Source: Promethearchaeota archaeon
Lineage (GTDB): Archaea > Asgardarchaeota > Lokiarchaeia > Sigyniarchaeales > SOKP01
Direction: 5' to 3'
Assembly (NCBI GenBank): GCA_019058445.1
Contig: JAHPZA010000004.1
Span: 290,084-354,083 of the forward strand
Length of the DNA stretch: 64,000 nucleotides
Shown one piece after another: positions 22,561 through 32,886 of this stretch. Both the position numbers and the translations under genes were made by a program. Under the pieces are notes generated by a model. It searched no databases. It was not told where the DNA came from and saw only the letters and a list, made by a program, of their open reading frames with translations. Positions within the stretch are counted from its first letter, which is position 1; each line of letters begins with the position of its first letter.

Positions 22561-22989
22561 TTATAAATCTAATAAAGATAGATCAAACTGTGGATCATTC
22601 GCTCGAGTAATAGTTTGAGTTATTTCATAGACGTAAACTTCGGCAGTAACAGAAACTATACTTGGCTGACTTAAATGTCCTCCAATAATGCTATAATCTT
22701 CCTTACCGACTGATACATGTAAATGAATTATTGGTTCATTATCTTTAAATGCAATATTGCCCATACAAGATATTAATTCTATATCTTCATCAAAAGTTTT
22801 AAAATTGTACTCTTTTGTTTCAATATCAAAATATCCAATTGTAAATTGTTTTAAAGCACCGATAACATTTAGGAGTCCTGATTTTATATTATGTTTCTTA
22901 ATAAGTTCTTTAATGGCATCAACAATATCTTCATTTGGTTCTATTTTTGCAACAATTACGCGCCCAACTGTTGTTTCTTTGCTTTTCAA
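22561..22989 (-). CDS. PPC/DUF296 domain protein
   Basis: IGAL, ELISCMGNI, HLHVSVG, GGHL and TAEV. Confidence 0.9.
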   Translation of the reverse strand: MKSKETTVGRVIVAKIEPNEDIVDAIKELIKKHNIKSGLLNVIGALKQFTIGYFDIETKEYNFKTFDEDIELISCMGNIAFKDNEPIIHLHVSVGKEDYSIIGGHLSQPSIVSVTAEVYVYEITQTITRANDPQFDLSLLDL

Positions 22990-23192
22990 TGTTTTCCTCT
23001 TCTTATTTTTTCAAACAATCTTATGGATTTAAAAATTAATAGAATATGTTAAATTGTTATATTCTTATACTTTTAAAATTATAGAATTTTTAAACCTTTT
23101 TATTCTTTTTTTTAGCTATGATAATTAGTAAGGATGACTTACTTAATTGAGAAGTAATTATTCTCTTAAAAATTGAATCCTATTCAACATTT

Positions 23193-23732
23193 TTAATCAT
23201 TTAATATAATTTGGTTAATTAATTTTTGAAAAGCAAATTCAACATTTTCTCCATATTTAGCACTAGTTTCAATAAACTCAATTGCGTTCATCTTATCGGC
23301 TAATTGTTTTCCTCTATCTTTATCAACATATCTCAAATCTTTCAAATCTTTCTTGTTTCCAATTAAAATGACTTCAGATTCTCTTTTTCCAAATTTTTGA
23401 AAGTCATGCACCCATTTATTGTAGATATGGTCAAAAGTTGATTCTCGCGTAATATCGTAGACAAATAAGGCTCCAGAACATCCCTGAAAAAACATTTTTC
23501 GTGATAAATCATAAATTTTTTGGCCTGCTATATCCCAAATAATTAATTTGGCAGAAGTATTTGGATTATCCATCTTTATTTCTTTAGCTATGATATTTGC
23601 TCCTAATGTTGGTCGATAATCTGTTTCAAACGTATGATCGACATATTGATTAATTAAAGATGTTTTTCCAACTGCTGGGTCTCCCAATAAAACAAGCTTT
23701 AAAATGTATTCATGTACATTTTCATCTGACAT
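23193..23732 (-). CDS. Rab-like small GTPase
   Basis: GDPAVGKT, WDIAGQ, NKKD, ETSAK. Confidence 0.95.
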   Translation of the reverse strand: MSDENVHEYILKLVLLGDPAVGKTSLINQYVDHTFETDYRPTLGANIIAKEIKMDNPNTSAKLIIWDIAGQKIYDLSRKMFFQGCSGALFVYDITRESTFDHIYNKWVHDFQKFGKRESEVILIGNKKDLKDLRYVDKDRGKQLADKMNAIEFIETSAKYGENVEFAFQKLINQIILND

Positions 23733-23926
23733 TTTTGTAATATCTATCTTTATTAACTCTTATACTATTTTAGTTGCTCAAATTTTTATATTTAAGTTAA
23801 ACAAAGAATGTCTATGTTAATATTACACACAATTAATTTTACATTTATATGGAAAAGAAAACTATATTATAACGATTTTTCATTATTTGAATATAAACTA
23901 ATGAAGAACAAATCCTCACTGATTTT

Positions 23927-24817
23927 ATGACCAAAAAAATAATGATTTCTGATGTTGAATTAATACTTTCAGAACCTGCCGATGTTGATATGCTATGGGT
24001 TGGTAATGAAGATATTATCAATGAATTAAAAGCAGCTTGGATGATTGTAGATAAAAATGATCTTCCTTTAAATCCCAGGATTTTAGGTAAGCCTGGTGTT
24101 GGAAAAACGACTTTAGCTTATGCGACCGGTAAAATGTTAAAAAAGCCCGTATATATCTTTCAATGTACTATGGATACCCGCCCTGAAGATTTATTAATAA
24201 GTCCTGTAATTTCTTCTGATAACAAAATAGCTTATGTTGCTAGCTCTTTAGTATCGGCGATGATAGAAGGAGGGGTTTGTTTATTAGATGAGGGAAATCG
24301 AATGTCTGAGAAGAGTTGGGCATCTTTAGCACCATTAATGGATAAAAGACGATATGTTGATTCAATAATAGCCGGTATAAGAATCTATGCTCATAAAGAT
24401 TTTCGCTTATGTGTAACAATGAACAGCGATAGCAGTACTTATGAAATACCGGAGTATATTTCTTCTCGTTTACAACCTAAGATTTATGTCGAATTTCCCA
24501 ATAGAGCTGATGAAATGAATATTTTGTCATATAACGTTCCTTTTTCATCAGAAGAGATATTGGAATATTGTGCGGATTTTTTGCAAAATGCTCACGTTCA
24601 TGATGAATATACTGTAAGAGATGGCATCAATATCATTAGATATTACATGAAATCAAGAGCCTTGAATGGAAAAGATATCCATAGATTAAATAAAAAAGAA
24701 TTTAAAAACGCGATTAAACATGTTTTAGAAAACTATGCTGTTAAGTACTGTCCTGATGAATATGAAAAATTTATGGACGAAAAAGAAGGCAGAAACCAAG
24801 GAGAGAGCTTATTTTAA
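23927..24817 (+). CDS. MoxR/CbbQ-type AAA+ ATPase
   Basis: GKPGVGKT, LLDEGNR, HKDFRLCVTMN and SRL. Confidence 0.88.
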   Translation: MTKKIMISDVELILSEPADVDMLWVGNEDIINELKAAWMIVDKNDLPLNPRILGKPGVGKTTLAYATGKMLKKPVYIFQCTMDTRPEDLLISPVISSDNKIAYVASSLVSAMIEGGVCLLDEGNRMSEKSWASLAPLMDKRRYVDSIIAGIRIYAHKDFRLCVTMNSDSSTYEIPEYISSRLQPKIYVEFPNRADEMNILSYNVPFSSEEILEYCADFLQNAHVHDEYTVRDGINIIRYYMKSRALNGKDIHRLNKKEFKNAIKHVLENYAVKYCPDEYEKFMDEKEGRNQGESLF

Positions 24818-24921
24818 TCTTTTTTAATACATTTTCATAAATATTAGATCACTCATTTTCGTTTACTTTAATGGATTAGAGGTGAGGTGTATTTATAAAG
24901 AAGGAACGTCATTATCTACTC

Positions 24922-26811
24922 ATGGCAAATTTATCCACTAAATCTGTAGCCAAGGTAAAGAGAGTTAGCAAAAAAGAGATACAAAAATTAAAAAAAGAAG
25001 GATATATCATTTTTTCTTCTCATAATCACACTAATTTTTCTGACGGCGTTGATTATCGTGAGGTTATTGATACTCTTGTTAAAATTGGAGTAAATCTAAT
25101 TGCACTCACTGATCATAACAATATGCGAGTAGCGGAATATGCAAAAACCTATATCGAAGATAAATACCCCGACTGTGGTTATTTATGCGCTGAAGAAGTT
25201 GATAGTCATTATGGTTGTGTTCTCGGTTATGGTTTACAAACAGAGATTCTTTTTGAAGGTGAGGAAAAACCCCCTATTAAATCAATTATTGAAGATATCC
25301 ATGAACAAGGTGGTTTAGCTGTTGTTGCTCATCCATTCCATCCTTTAGAAGGGATCTTTAGACCTTTTGGGGGATTAAGAATATCAGAAATCACTAAATT
25401 GAACTTTGATGGAATCGAATTTTTTCATGCAGATCTTCCCCCATTCCTCAATAATATGTGTTCTACTCTTGTGAAATTGCGACCACAAATGTTTCTTTTA
25501 GGAGGGGATGATGCCCATACAATTCATCATATAGGAAGATATTTGAATTTAGTTGGACCAGATATTGATGATGTAAATAATCTTGATGACATTTTAAAGG
25601 CTCTAAATAAGCGAAAAACAACTGTTCTCGAATTAAGAGGATGGGTTACTCGACCTTTTCAGACGTTGCCAGGGTTTAAAGATATTTTTATTAACAAGGG
25701 ATTAAAACGAATTAATGCTTTTGCGGGAATTTATGGTCTTTTTAAAGGTATACATTTTCAGCATGAATCAATGGGGTGGATTCCAAGAACAGTTCAGGAA
25801 TTCAAAGCGGAACTTCTGCAAGTTATCCAGACTATGAACATTAACACTATCCGGCTTGATGCTATGCGAACCGAGAGTAGAGCATATGAATTTGCATCAT
25901 TGGGAAAGGAACTGGGATTAAATGTAATACTTTCTCCTAAATATGTTTATCCTAGGGGGCTATCCAAACCTCAGTTAGATGAATCTTTGACTTATGATGA
26001 ATTTGAAGATTTTTGCTTGGAACATGCTCAAAGAGCACAAAAAGCGGGGGTGGATATTTTTTGTGTGGGAAATGAACTCACTCTAGAGCTAAGTGATGAT
26101 AAATCAGGTCATTTAGAAAGGCTGCATGATGACTTTTTCTCACAATTTGCCCCTTCTAGTTTAGAGATGATCCCGGGTCTGGGTGCTACTTCCATTGCCA
26201 AGCTGGGGAAGCTTAGAAAAAAGAAGTTTAGACTCACTACATATTTGGAAAATTTATCTAAAAAAGTGAGGAATTATTATAATGGGATGGTTTCCTATGC
26301 TGCTGGCTCATGGGAAATAAGAGACGTCCCTTGGAAGCATTTTGATCTTATATGTTGCAATCTATTTTACAGCGATTTATTTTTAAAGTACGTTGAGGTT
26401 TTACCAGGTCTGAAGATTATAATTCCAAAAGGTAGCCCGTCCGTACGAGCCTCTCACTTATTTCGTCAAAACATACAATATCTCAAAACCTTTAAAAAAC
26501 CAGTCATTATTTCGGAATTGGGTTTTCAGACAGTCACTGATGCGATACAAGTTGGTCCAATACCCATTCACCATCATAAGAATTTCGAACAATTCAAATA
26601 CGATGAAAATGCACAATCAAAAGCTTTTTCAGAAGTCTTTAATTTGTTGGAAAAGGATATCTTTGTTAATGGAGTGATCATTCATAAATGGAGAGATCTA
26701 AAAGAAGAGGGTTTCGGTTTAATACACGCTAATGGTATCTATAAACCAGCATGCAAAAATATATCAGATTTTTTTAAAACGTGGACTATCTCATATTCCA
26801 ATAATAAATAA
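24922..26811 (+). CDS. PHP-family phosphoesterase fused to a clan GH-A-like glycoside hydrolase TIM barrel
   Basis: N-terminal HNHT..SDG, TDHN, AHP and GGDDAH; C-terminal VGNEL (acid/base) and ISELG (nucleophile). Confidence 0.75.
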   Translation: MANLSTKSVAKVKRVSKKEIQKLKKEGYIIFSSHNHTNFSDGVDYREVIDTLVKIGVNLIALTDHNNMRVAEYAKTYIEDKYPDCGYLCAEEVDSHYGCVLGYGLQTEILFEGEEKPPIKSIIEDIHEQGGLAVVAHPFHPLEGIFRPFGGLRISEITKLNFDGIEFFHADLPPFLNNMCSTLVKLRPQMFLLGGDDAHTIHHIGRYLNLVGPDIDDVNNLDDILKALNKRKTTVLELRGWVTRPFQTLPGFKDIFINKGLKRINAFAGIYGLFKGIHFQHESMGWIPRTVQEFKAELLQVIQTMNINTIRLDAMRTESRAYEFASLGKELGLNVILSPKYVYPRGLSKPQLDESLTYDEFEDFCLEHAQRAQKAGVDIFCVGNELTLELSDDKSGHLERLHDDFFSQFAPSSLEMIPGLGATSIAKLGKLRKKKFRLTTYLENLSKKVRNYYNGMVSYAAGSWEIRDVPWKHFDLICCNLFYSDLFLKYVEVLPGLKIIIPKGSPSVRASHLFRQNIQYLKTFKKPVIISELGFQTVTDAIQVGPIPIHHHKNFEQFKYDENAQSKAFSEVFNLLEKDIFVNGVIIHKWRDLKEEGFGLIHANGIYKPACKNISDFFKTWTISYSNNK

Positions 26812-26836
26812 AAAATTAAAAATTAAAAAAAAACGT

Positions 26837-28255
26837 TTATTTGTCCAAAAGTCCAAATTTTTTGAGTCCTTGCCTCATATCGGGTTGAAACGGTCCTGGA
26901 GTCCCCTCTATAAACGCTTCAATAATATCTTGATTATTGACTTCGTGTGACTCTCTTTTTTTCGCTTTTTCTTCCGCGAGTGATGTTATTGCCATTCTTG
27001 CCATTGATTGAAATTGAGGGGGAGATAATTTGATTAATTCATTGAAGATTTTTTCAGTTTCAGGATCCCATATCAGCTCTGATTTTCTCTCTTTCTTGGT
27101 TTTCGTTGAATCTACTCCAAATTCACGGCTTGTCACAATATCATTTAGATAATCCTTTAAAGATTCAACATATCGGGTAGATTCTTCTTCATCAAGGAAT
27201 ACTGCCTTTTTTGCCCAATCCTCGCAATAGGTACATTCACCGCACATAGCCACACAATTTTGTTTTTTAAAGAAATCTATAAATCCGTCAAGTTTCGTAT
27301 TGTCTATAATTAGTTTAGATTTAGATTCTTTTCCTAGGGTTTCACTTATTTTTGCATTAGGATCCTTTTGTTCCAGACCTCCGAATGACATCGAAAATCC
27401 TTGAATAATATCCACAAGATTTCCATGATATTCACGGGAAGCAAATGCTTTTACTGCTCTGACAATCCATTCAGTTGACATGCGTCGCCCTGCGATTTTA
27501 AAATCATCAATTCCAATCGCTTCATAGTGGGAAAGGTCTTCAGGTCGAATCCATCGTGCTTTTATAACTTCCGTTGGATCAGAAAATTTAATAATACTAC
27601 AATTTAAAATGCATGTATCGATATAATTACGCTCGAATTGTTGATGGGTCTGAGAGGCATGTCCAAGTATATTATAATGATAATATCTAAATGGACATTG
27701 ATAAAGACACCCATCAGTTAAAAGTAACACGATTTTGCAATTAGTTGCTTCCTTGATTTTTTCTAAAGTCTGGAAATCTCGGTTTATCATTACATCAGGA
27801 GTTATCTCATCCGCGCCTAGCATTTCATATAATTTTGCCCGATTCACACTATTAATATGGGCAATAGTAGATACACGAATTTTTAGTTTAGGAAATTGTT
27901 CCTTAATAAGCTGTATTAGAAAAGGAATAGTAACAATTACATTATCAGTTCCTATATCACTAATCCATTGAATGTATTTAAGCAGTTCTTTATGATATTG
28001 CGAATTATATTCCATATTATTCATGCAAGGGGCATTCAATAAATAAGAAAATTCCATTTTATTCTCATGAACCTTTTTGATGTACTCAGCAATTTGCTCT
28101 TCTTGTATTGTTTTTAATAAGAATGAGGGACGACCTCCTCCGACAAGTGTGTGATCAGCAACCCCATACAAACTAGCAACCGGATATTTTGCCAGTTCTT
28201 CTATAAGGTTAAAATCCCAATTCGTTGCTACATGAAATTGAATTTTTTTCACCAT
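26837..28255 (-). CDS. U32 family protein (Fe-S hydroxylase-like, UbiU/UbiV/RlhA/TrhP superfamily) with C-terminal PCP_red/DUF2621-like domain
   Basis: GGGR, LNAPC, GCLYQCPF, CILNC, WIRPEDL and FKIAGR. The last ~78 aa (LIWDPETEKIF...TPGPFQ) match the shared domain. Confidence 0.85.
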   Translation of the reverse strand: MVKKIQFHVATNWDFNLIEELAKYPVASLYGVADHTLVGGGRPSFLLKTIQEEQIAEYIKKVHENKMEFSYLLNAPCMNNMEYNSQYHKELLKYIQWISDIGTDNVIVTIPFLIQLIKEQFPKLKIRVSTIAHINSVNRAKLYEMLGADEITPDVMINRDFQTLEKIKEATNCKIVLLLTDGCLYQCPFRYYHYNILGHASQTHQQFERNYIDTCILNCSIIKFSDPTEVIKARWIRPEDLSHYEAIGIDDFKIAGRRMSTEWIVRAVKAFASREYHGNLVDIIQGFSMSFGGLEQKDPNAKISETLGKESKSKLIIDNTKLDGFIDFFKKQNCVAMCGECTYCEDWAKKAVFLDEEESTRYVESLKDYLNDIVTSREFGVDSTKTKKERKSELIWDPETEKIFNELIKLSPPQFQSMARMAITSLAEEKAKKRESHEVNNQDIIEAFIEGTPGPFQPDMRQGLKKFGLLDK

Positions 28256-28288
28256 TTTATATGTTTAAAATATTTCTCAATTTTATTA

Positions 28289-28675
28289 CTACTTAACTGC
28301 TTTAGCATGGGCTTTTGCATTAAGTGGTAATAACGGAGCGCATGCCATGAGTTTAGTGACGTCCCCTTCTACAACATATGTTCCGGACATTGTTGCTTGA
28401 ATTGGATCAGACTCACCTGAATTTACTTTTTTAATTGTCTCAAAATCCGTTTTGTGGATTACCTTTGGAGCATCTGGTCCTTTATATTCACCCATTCCCC
28501 AATTCATCTTGTCATTTTCAATATATTGCCAATAATTCATCTCTGGCTTGTCAGTTATGATATATTGAAAAATTAACGGAGCTATCGGCTCTAATAACTG
28601 CGTTAAATCAGGTAACTCATTATAAGCTTTCATGAAGCGTGTTAAATACGCTTTCCATTCTTCATTTTCATCCAT
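28289..28675 (-). CDS. SCP2 sterol/lipid-carrier domain protein
   Basis: 128 aa; GESDPIQATMSGTYVVEGDVTKLM matches the SCP2 C-terminal signature. Confidence 0.85.
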   Translation of the reverse strand: MDENEEWKAYLTRFMKAYNELPDLTQLLEPIAPLIFQYIITDKPEMNYWQYIENDKMNWGMGEYKGPDAPKVIHKTDFETIKKVNSGESDPIQATMSGTYVVEGDVTKLMACAPLLPLNAKAHAKAVK

Positions 28676-28775
28676 TTTTATTCAATCTTTTTAGTTTTTT
28701 AATTTTTTCGAATTTTTTTTAAAATTTAATCAAATTTGATATTTCTTTAACCTTCAGGGATAAAATTCCTTACTA

Positions 28776-29948
28776 TCATTTATAAGAATCAATTCCCGCT
28801 TTAGCACCCATAAACAAGAAATCTACCATAGTCCCATTATAGTCATTTTCGATTTTATAATAGAGACCGTTGGGCGTGAAAGTAATGCCATAGATAAACT
28901 TTCTCATTTCACTCTGGAATGGGGATTCTTCAACATATTTTTTTATGAGGGGATGAAAGTGCGTCGGAACTTGTTTTGAATCATGACATGCTATACCAAA
29001 ACATAGGCGCTCAATTCTAGACGAATCCCAGCTAAAAGTATAATTAAGATGGGCAGCTTGACAACATCTTTCCATTATTTCTTCAGATGCAATCTCAAAA
29101 CCTATGTCTTTCACGAGCGCTTTGCATTTCTCAGGTGTCGCTGTGGAAGGATCTCTTAGCATAAAATAGATATTTGTTGTCTCATGTAAAAAATCAAAGG
29201 CAAAAACAGCAAAAACAAATAATTTATGTTTTTTGAAGTATTCTTCATAGGTTTTCATGCTTTGTGGAATATATTTCATTGAAAAAATGGAATCAATAGG
29301 ACCGGGGACGATAAACGGCCAGATCTTTGATAATCCATTCCTTGCATCCAAATCAACACCATAACCCAAAATATCAAACGTATCAAATACTTCTAATATC
29401 ATTTTGTGAATAGCGTGCCCATTTTTTTCGATTAACCCTTCATTTATAGCAACTGTATATGGATCTGGATCATGGACTATCATCATTTCCACATATCTGA
29501 CAGAGACATCCCTATTTTCAACTGGCTTAGTAGTAGTTCTAATTGATACTGGAGAACCTGAGAAAAATTTCTTATAGGCATTGAGTCCCTTCCAAATAGC
29601 ATCTTCATTACATTTTACTCCTGTAAGTACCCCAAGCTTTAAAATATCTTTTACCATTTGATTTAGATCATTATTACATTTAAAATCAGATTTGATTTTG
29701 GGTAAATATAGTTCATATTCGACACCTAAAGCTAATAAATCTTCTATCATAGTTGGTTGAAAAGCGGGGGGTGTCACTTCAAACAAAGCGATTATAAGAT
29801 CTATTTCTGCGACATTTTTCCCATTTCTTTCTATACATTTCTTTTCTGCGTTCTCAAAGAGCATAGGTTTTATGACAGGTCTTACCATTTCTGGAATTTT
29901 TAAAACTAAGTTATTATATAATTTTTTGACTTCTGGTTGCCATTCCAT
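28776..29948 (-). CDS. soluble ABBA-family aromatic prenyltransferase (NphB/CloQ-like) with N-terminal PCP_red/DUF2621-like domain
   Basis: YGVDLDARNGLSKIWPF, FAFDFLHETTNIYF, YTFSWDSSRIERLCF and YYKIENDY match PT-barrel strands of NphB/CloQ-type enzymes. Confidence 0.8.
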   Translation of the reverse strand: MEWQPEVKKLYNNLVLKIPEMVRPVIKPMLFENAEKKCIERNGKNVAEIDLIIALFEVTPPAFQPTMIEDLLALGVEYELYLPKIKSDFKCNNDLNQMVKDILKLGVLTGVKCNEDAIWKGLNAYKKFFSGSPVSIRTTTKPVENRDVSVRYVEMMIVHDPDPYTVAINEGLIEKNGHAIHKMILEVFDTFDILGYGVDLDARNGLSKIWPFIVPGPIDSIFSMKYIPQSMKTYEEYFKKHKLFVFAVFAFDFLHETTNIYFMLRDPSTATPEKCKALVKDIGFEIASEEIMERCCQAAHLNYTFSWDSSRIERLCFGIACHDSKQVPTHFHPLIKKYVEESPFQSEMRKFIYGITFTPNGLYYKIENDYNGTMVDFLFMGAKAGIDSYK

Positions 29949-30011
29949 TTATTTTATTACCTCATTTTTTATTTTTAATTGACTTTTTTTGATTTCTATT
30001 TTTACTTGTAT

Positions 30012-31436
30012 TTATATTAGATATTTTGCGAATTGAATTTGGCTCAATTCAGCAAATCCTTCTGGATTATTAAAGCCAAGTCCTGGCATCATCCATCTAG
30101 GATTATTTATACCATACTCCCTAACCACTTGAAAGAGGTCAACCTCTTTGATTTTTGGAGAGATATAGAATTTTGGTTTTAGTAAATTTTCATTCTTTTG
30201 AATTACACCCTCTTGTTCAGCAATGAGTTGAAGAGGTGTATGAGGGTAGATTCTCATACCGATAAATACTATTACATCACCATCTCCTTGCCATAGGTTC
30301 CCTCTATAACTCTTTATTGTTTCTAACTGATTAAATGAAGCTCGAACCGTATCAAGAGTTTCTCCAGGTCCCCCAACTATAATATGAATTAATTGTTCAA
30401 TATCTAGCTCAAAGCATTTTTGTGAAGTGAGAATAGCTTCATCGGGGGAACGACTTTTTTTCATATTTCTTAACATCTCCTCTGAAAATGATTCTATTCC
30501 CGTTGCAAAATGTGAGGCACCGCTTTTTTTCATAAGGGGTATTAAATCAATAAACATTTTATTCGGCACATAATTCGCTCCCCAATTAATATCAACTTTA
30601 TGTTTTATAATTTCTTGACACGTTTCCTTTAAATGATTATAGTCTAAATTAAAAACACTATCTACAATAAACACATTTTGTATTTCATAATTGTTTACCA
30701 TTATATCAAGCTCCTCAGCAATTTTTTTTGGAGATCTATAACGAACAGTAGAGCCTTCAATGTACTTATAACTGCAGTAAATGCAATTCATTGGACATCC
30801 TCGTTTTGTTTGAATATTTCCCCAAGTAGGACCTGTTTTTTTCAATGGATCTATGAGATACGCTTCATTTTCAATCAACTCTCGTGTAGGAAATGGGAGC
30901 TTATCTAAATTTTCTATTCGCCATGGAGGTCTCTGATAATAGTGCCCCTTTTTATCGATAAAGCATATACCCATCTGAATTTTCTTTAAATCATTATGAA
31001 CTTTAAGCCGCTTCAGAATCTCGGCAAATACATATTCACCCTCACCTACTACTCCGATATCGTGTTTTAAATCTCTAAGGATTTCTTCTGAAAAAATTGA
31101 AAACCCAGCACCACCTAGAACTACTGGAATTTCTGGTTCTGCGATTTGCTTAATATATTGAATAATTCTTTTAACGGGTAGATAAAAAAATAAGTTTCCA
31201 GGGTAAGTTGTAGAATCAACATTCCGAATGGAAATACCGATTAAGTGAGGATTGAACTTCTCAATAGCGTTAGAAATGTCTCGTTTAACATCGTTACTGA
31301 GGGTTAAATCAAGTATTTTTACATCATGTCCTTGACTAATAAGATAAGCTGCAAGATATGCTTCTCCTAAAGGTGGGACCATTACATGGACTATTTCCCG
31401 ACTGCCAGAAAAGATTAATACACGCAAATTATCCAT
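30012..31436 (-). CDS. cobalamin-binding radical SAM protein (class B methyltransferase-like)
   Basis: PPLGEAYLAAYL, GISIRNVD, GEGE, RGCPMNCIYC and GPGET. ATG at 31436 is preferred over TTG at 31442. Confidence 0.92.
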   Translation of the reverse strand: MDNLRVLIFSGSREIVHVMVPPLGEAYLAAYLISQGHDVKILDLTLSNDVKRDISNAIEKFNPHLIGISIRNVDSTTYPGNLFFYLPVKRIIQYIKQIAEPEIPVVLGGAGFSIFSEEILRDLKHDIGVVGEGEYVFAEILKRLKVHNDLKKIQMGICFIDKKGHYYQRPPWRIENLDKLPFPTRELIENEAYLIDPLKKTGPTWGNIQTKRGCPMNCIYCSYKYIEGSTVRYRSPKKIAEELDIMVNNYEIQNVFIVDSVFNLDYNHLKETCQEIIKHKVDINWGANYVPNKMFIDLIPLMKKSGASHFATGIESFSEEMLRNMKKSRSPDEAILTSQKCFELDIEQLIHIIVGGPGETLDTVRASFNQLETIKSYRGNLWQGDGDVIVFIGMRIYPHTPLQLIAEQEGVIQKNENLLKPKFYISPKIKEVDLFQVVREYGINNPRWMMPGLGFNNPEGFAELSQIQFAKYLI

Positions 31437-31454
31437 CCTCAATTTTATTGTAAA

Positions 31455-32873
31455 TTATAACTTCGTTCTCTTTTCAATTAATTCGATTTCTTCTTCATGA
31501 GAAGCATTTATTTCGTTTCCATGATTATTTTCATGCCAACAGAAAGGGAATGACCCAAAAAAGTCACCTGTTATGTATTCTGCGGTCACACGACATCCTC
31601 CACCGCAATATTTAAGATGATGACATTTTGCGCATTTGCCTTTAATTTTTTTCCTGTCGCGTATATTCTTATAGAGCTGAGAATTTAAGATATCTTCAAA
31701 GTTATCCTTTAATCCATGACCAAGGGTTAATTTGGTAGGATATCCCGTTGGATATAATGTCCCTTCTACACCAACACCCATCATTGTTCTGCAAGCTAAG
31801 CACCCTACTCCCCATTCAAGTGCTGTGACTTCCTTATCATTCCTAAAACATTCCATAAAAGGCATCATCTCATAAATTTCATAAGCCGGTAAGGTTCCTG
31901 CTTCCCCTTCCCTAATCTTCTCAATCGCATGTTTATATTTATAATCATATAATCTCTTGTATTCCTCTTTATTCAGACCAATTTCATCCCAATGGATCGC
32001 AGCGCGATTTACTTTTACAATAGGCCTAAAAAAGGGTTGAGCCCCCCATTGTAATGATAAATCGTTGAGCTCCTGCAATTCATCAATATTTTGTTTCATA
32101 ACAGTTATAGATGCACACGCAAATAATCCGTATTTCAAACAATTTTTAATTGCTCTTTCAGCATATTCTAAGGAATTAGGAAAACCACGTATTTCATCAT
32201 TTTTCTTTGGATCAGTACTGTCAAAACTGACAAAGACATGACTTAATTCATTTTCTTTACACATTTTTGCAAATTCCTCATCAAATGCTACTCCATTGGT
32301 AATAATTGCATGATAGTATCCGTTTTCTTTACAATGTTTCATTAATTCACCAATGTCTTCTCTTAGAGTAGGTTCCCCGCCAAACCAAATGAAACAAGCA
32401 TGTCTACCTTGAGCTCTAAGTCCAGATTCTATATTATCCATTATTTGGCACCACTGTTCTTTTGTCAACTCCTCTCGAGGGGGCAGACCATCTGCAGCGG
32501 CACAATGCACGCATTTCATATTGCATCTATCTGTGACATACATCGCGAAATGAATATTTCCAGGATGAAAGGCTTTTTCCATTTTATCCCAGGATAATTT
32601 AAGTCGATCTCTTATTTCATTAATTTCAATATATCGCTCTACATCTATATCTAAGGATTTTAAATCTTCAACCATCATGGATTTAAAAGCTTCGGGGATA
32701 ATATCAAAAATTCCGGTAATTACATCTTCTTCATTCACATAAGATTCATTTCGTTCGATGCATCTTTTTTGAGCAGCTTCTATAATCATAGGTTTAACGG
32801 AAGGACGAAATCCTTCTGGCATTTTTTCTACGATTCTGGCAAATAATTTTTCTGTTTCTGGTTCCCATTCCAT
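31455..32873 (-). CDS. radical SAM/SPASM protein with N-terminal PCP_red/DUF2621-like domain
   Basis: CNMKCVHC, FGGEP and CAKCHHLKYCGGGCR. The real start is likely ATG 32873 (MEWEPE), matching paralogues and avoiding overlap. Confidence 0.92.
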   Translation of the reverse strand: MEWEPETEKLFARIVEKMPEGFRPSVKPMIIEAAQKRCIERNESYVNEEDVITGIFDIIPEAFKSMMVEDLKSLDIDVERYIEINEIRDRLKLSWDKMEKAFHPGNIHFAMYVTDRCNMKCVHCAAADGLPPREELTKEQWCQIMDNIESGLRAQGRHACFIWFGGEPTLREDIGELMKHCKENGYYHAIITNGVAFDEEFAKMCKENELSHVFVSFDSTDPKKNDEIRGFPNSLEYAERAIKNCLKYGLFACASITVMKQNIDELQELNDLSLQWGAQPFFRPIVKVNRAAIHWDEIGLNKEEYKRLYDYKYKHAIEKIREGEAGTLPAYEIYEMMPFMECFRNDKEVTALEWGVGCLACRTMMGVGVEGTLYPTGYPTKLTLGHGLKDNFEDILNSQLYKNIRDRKKIKGKCAKCHHLKYCGGGCRVTAEYITGDFFGSFPFCWHENNHGNEINASHEEEIELIEKRTKL

Positions 32874-32886
32874 TAAGACCCACCCA

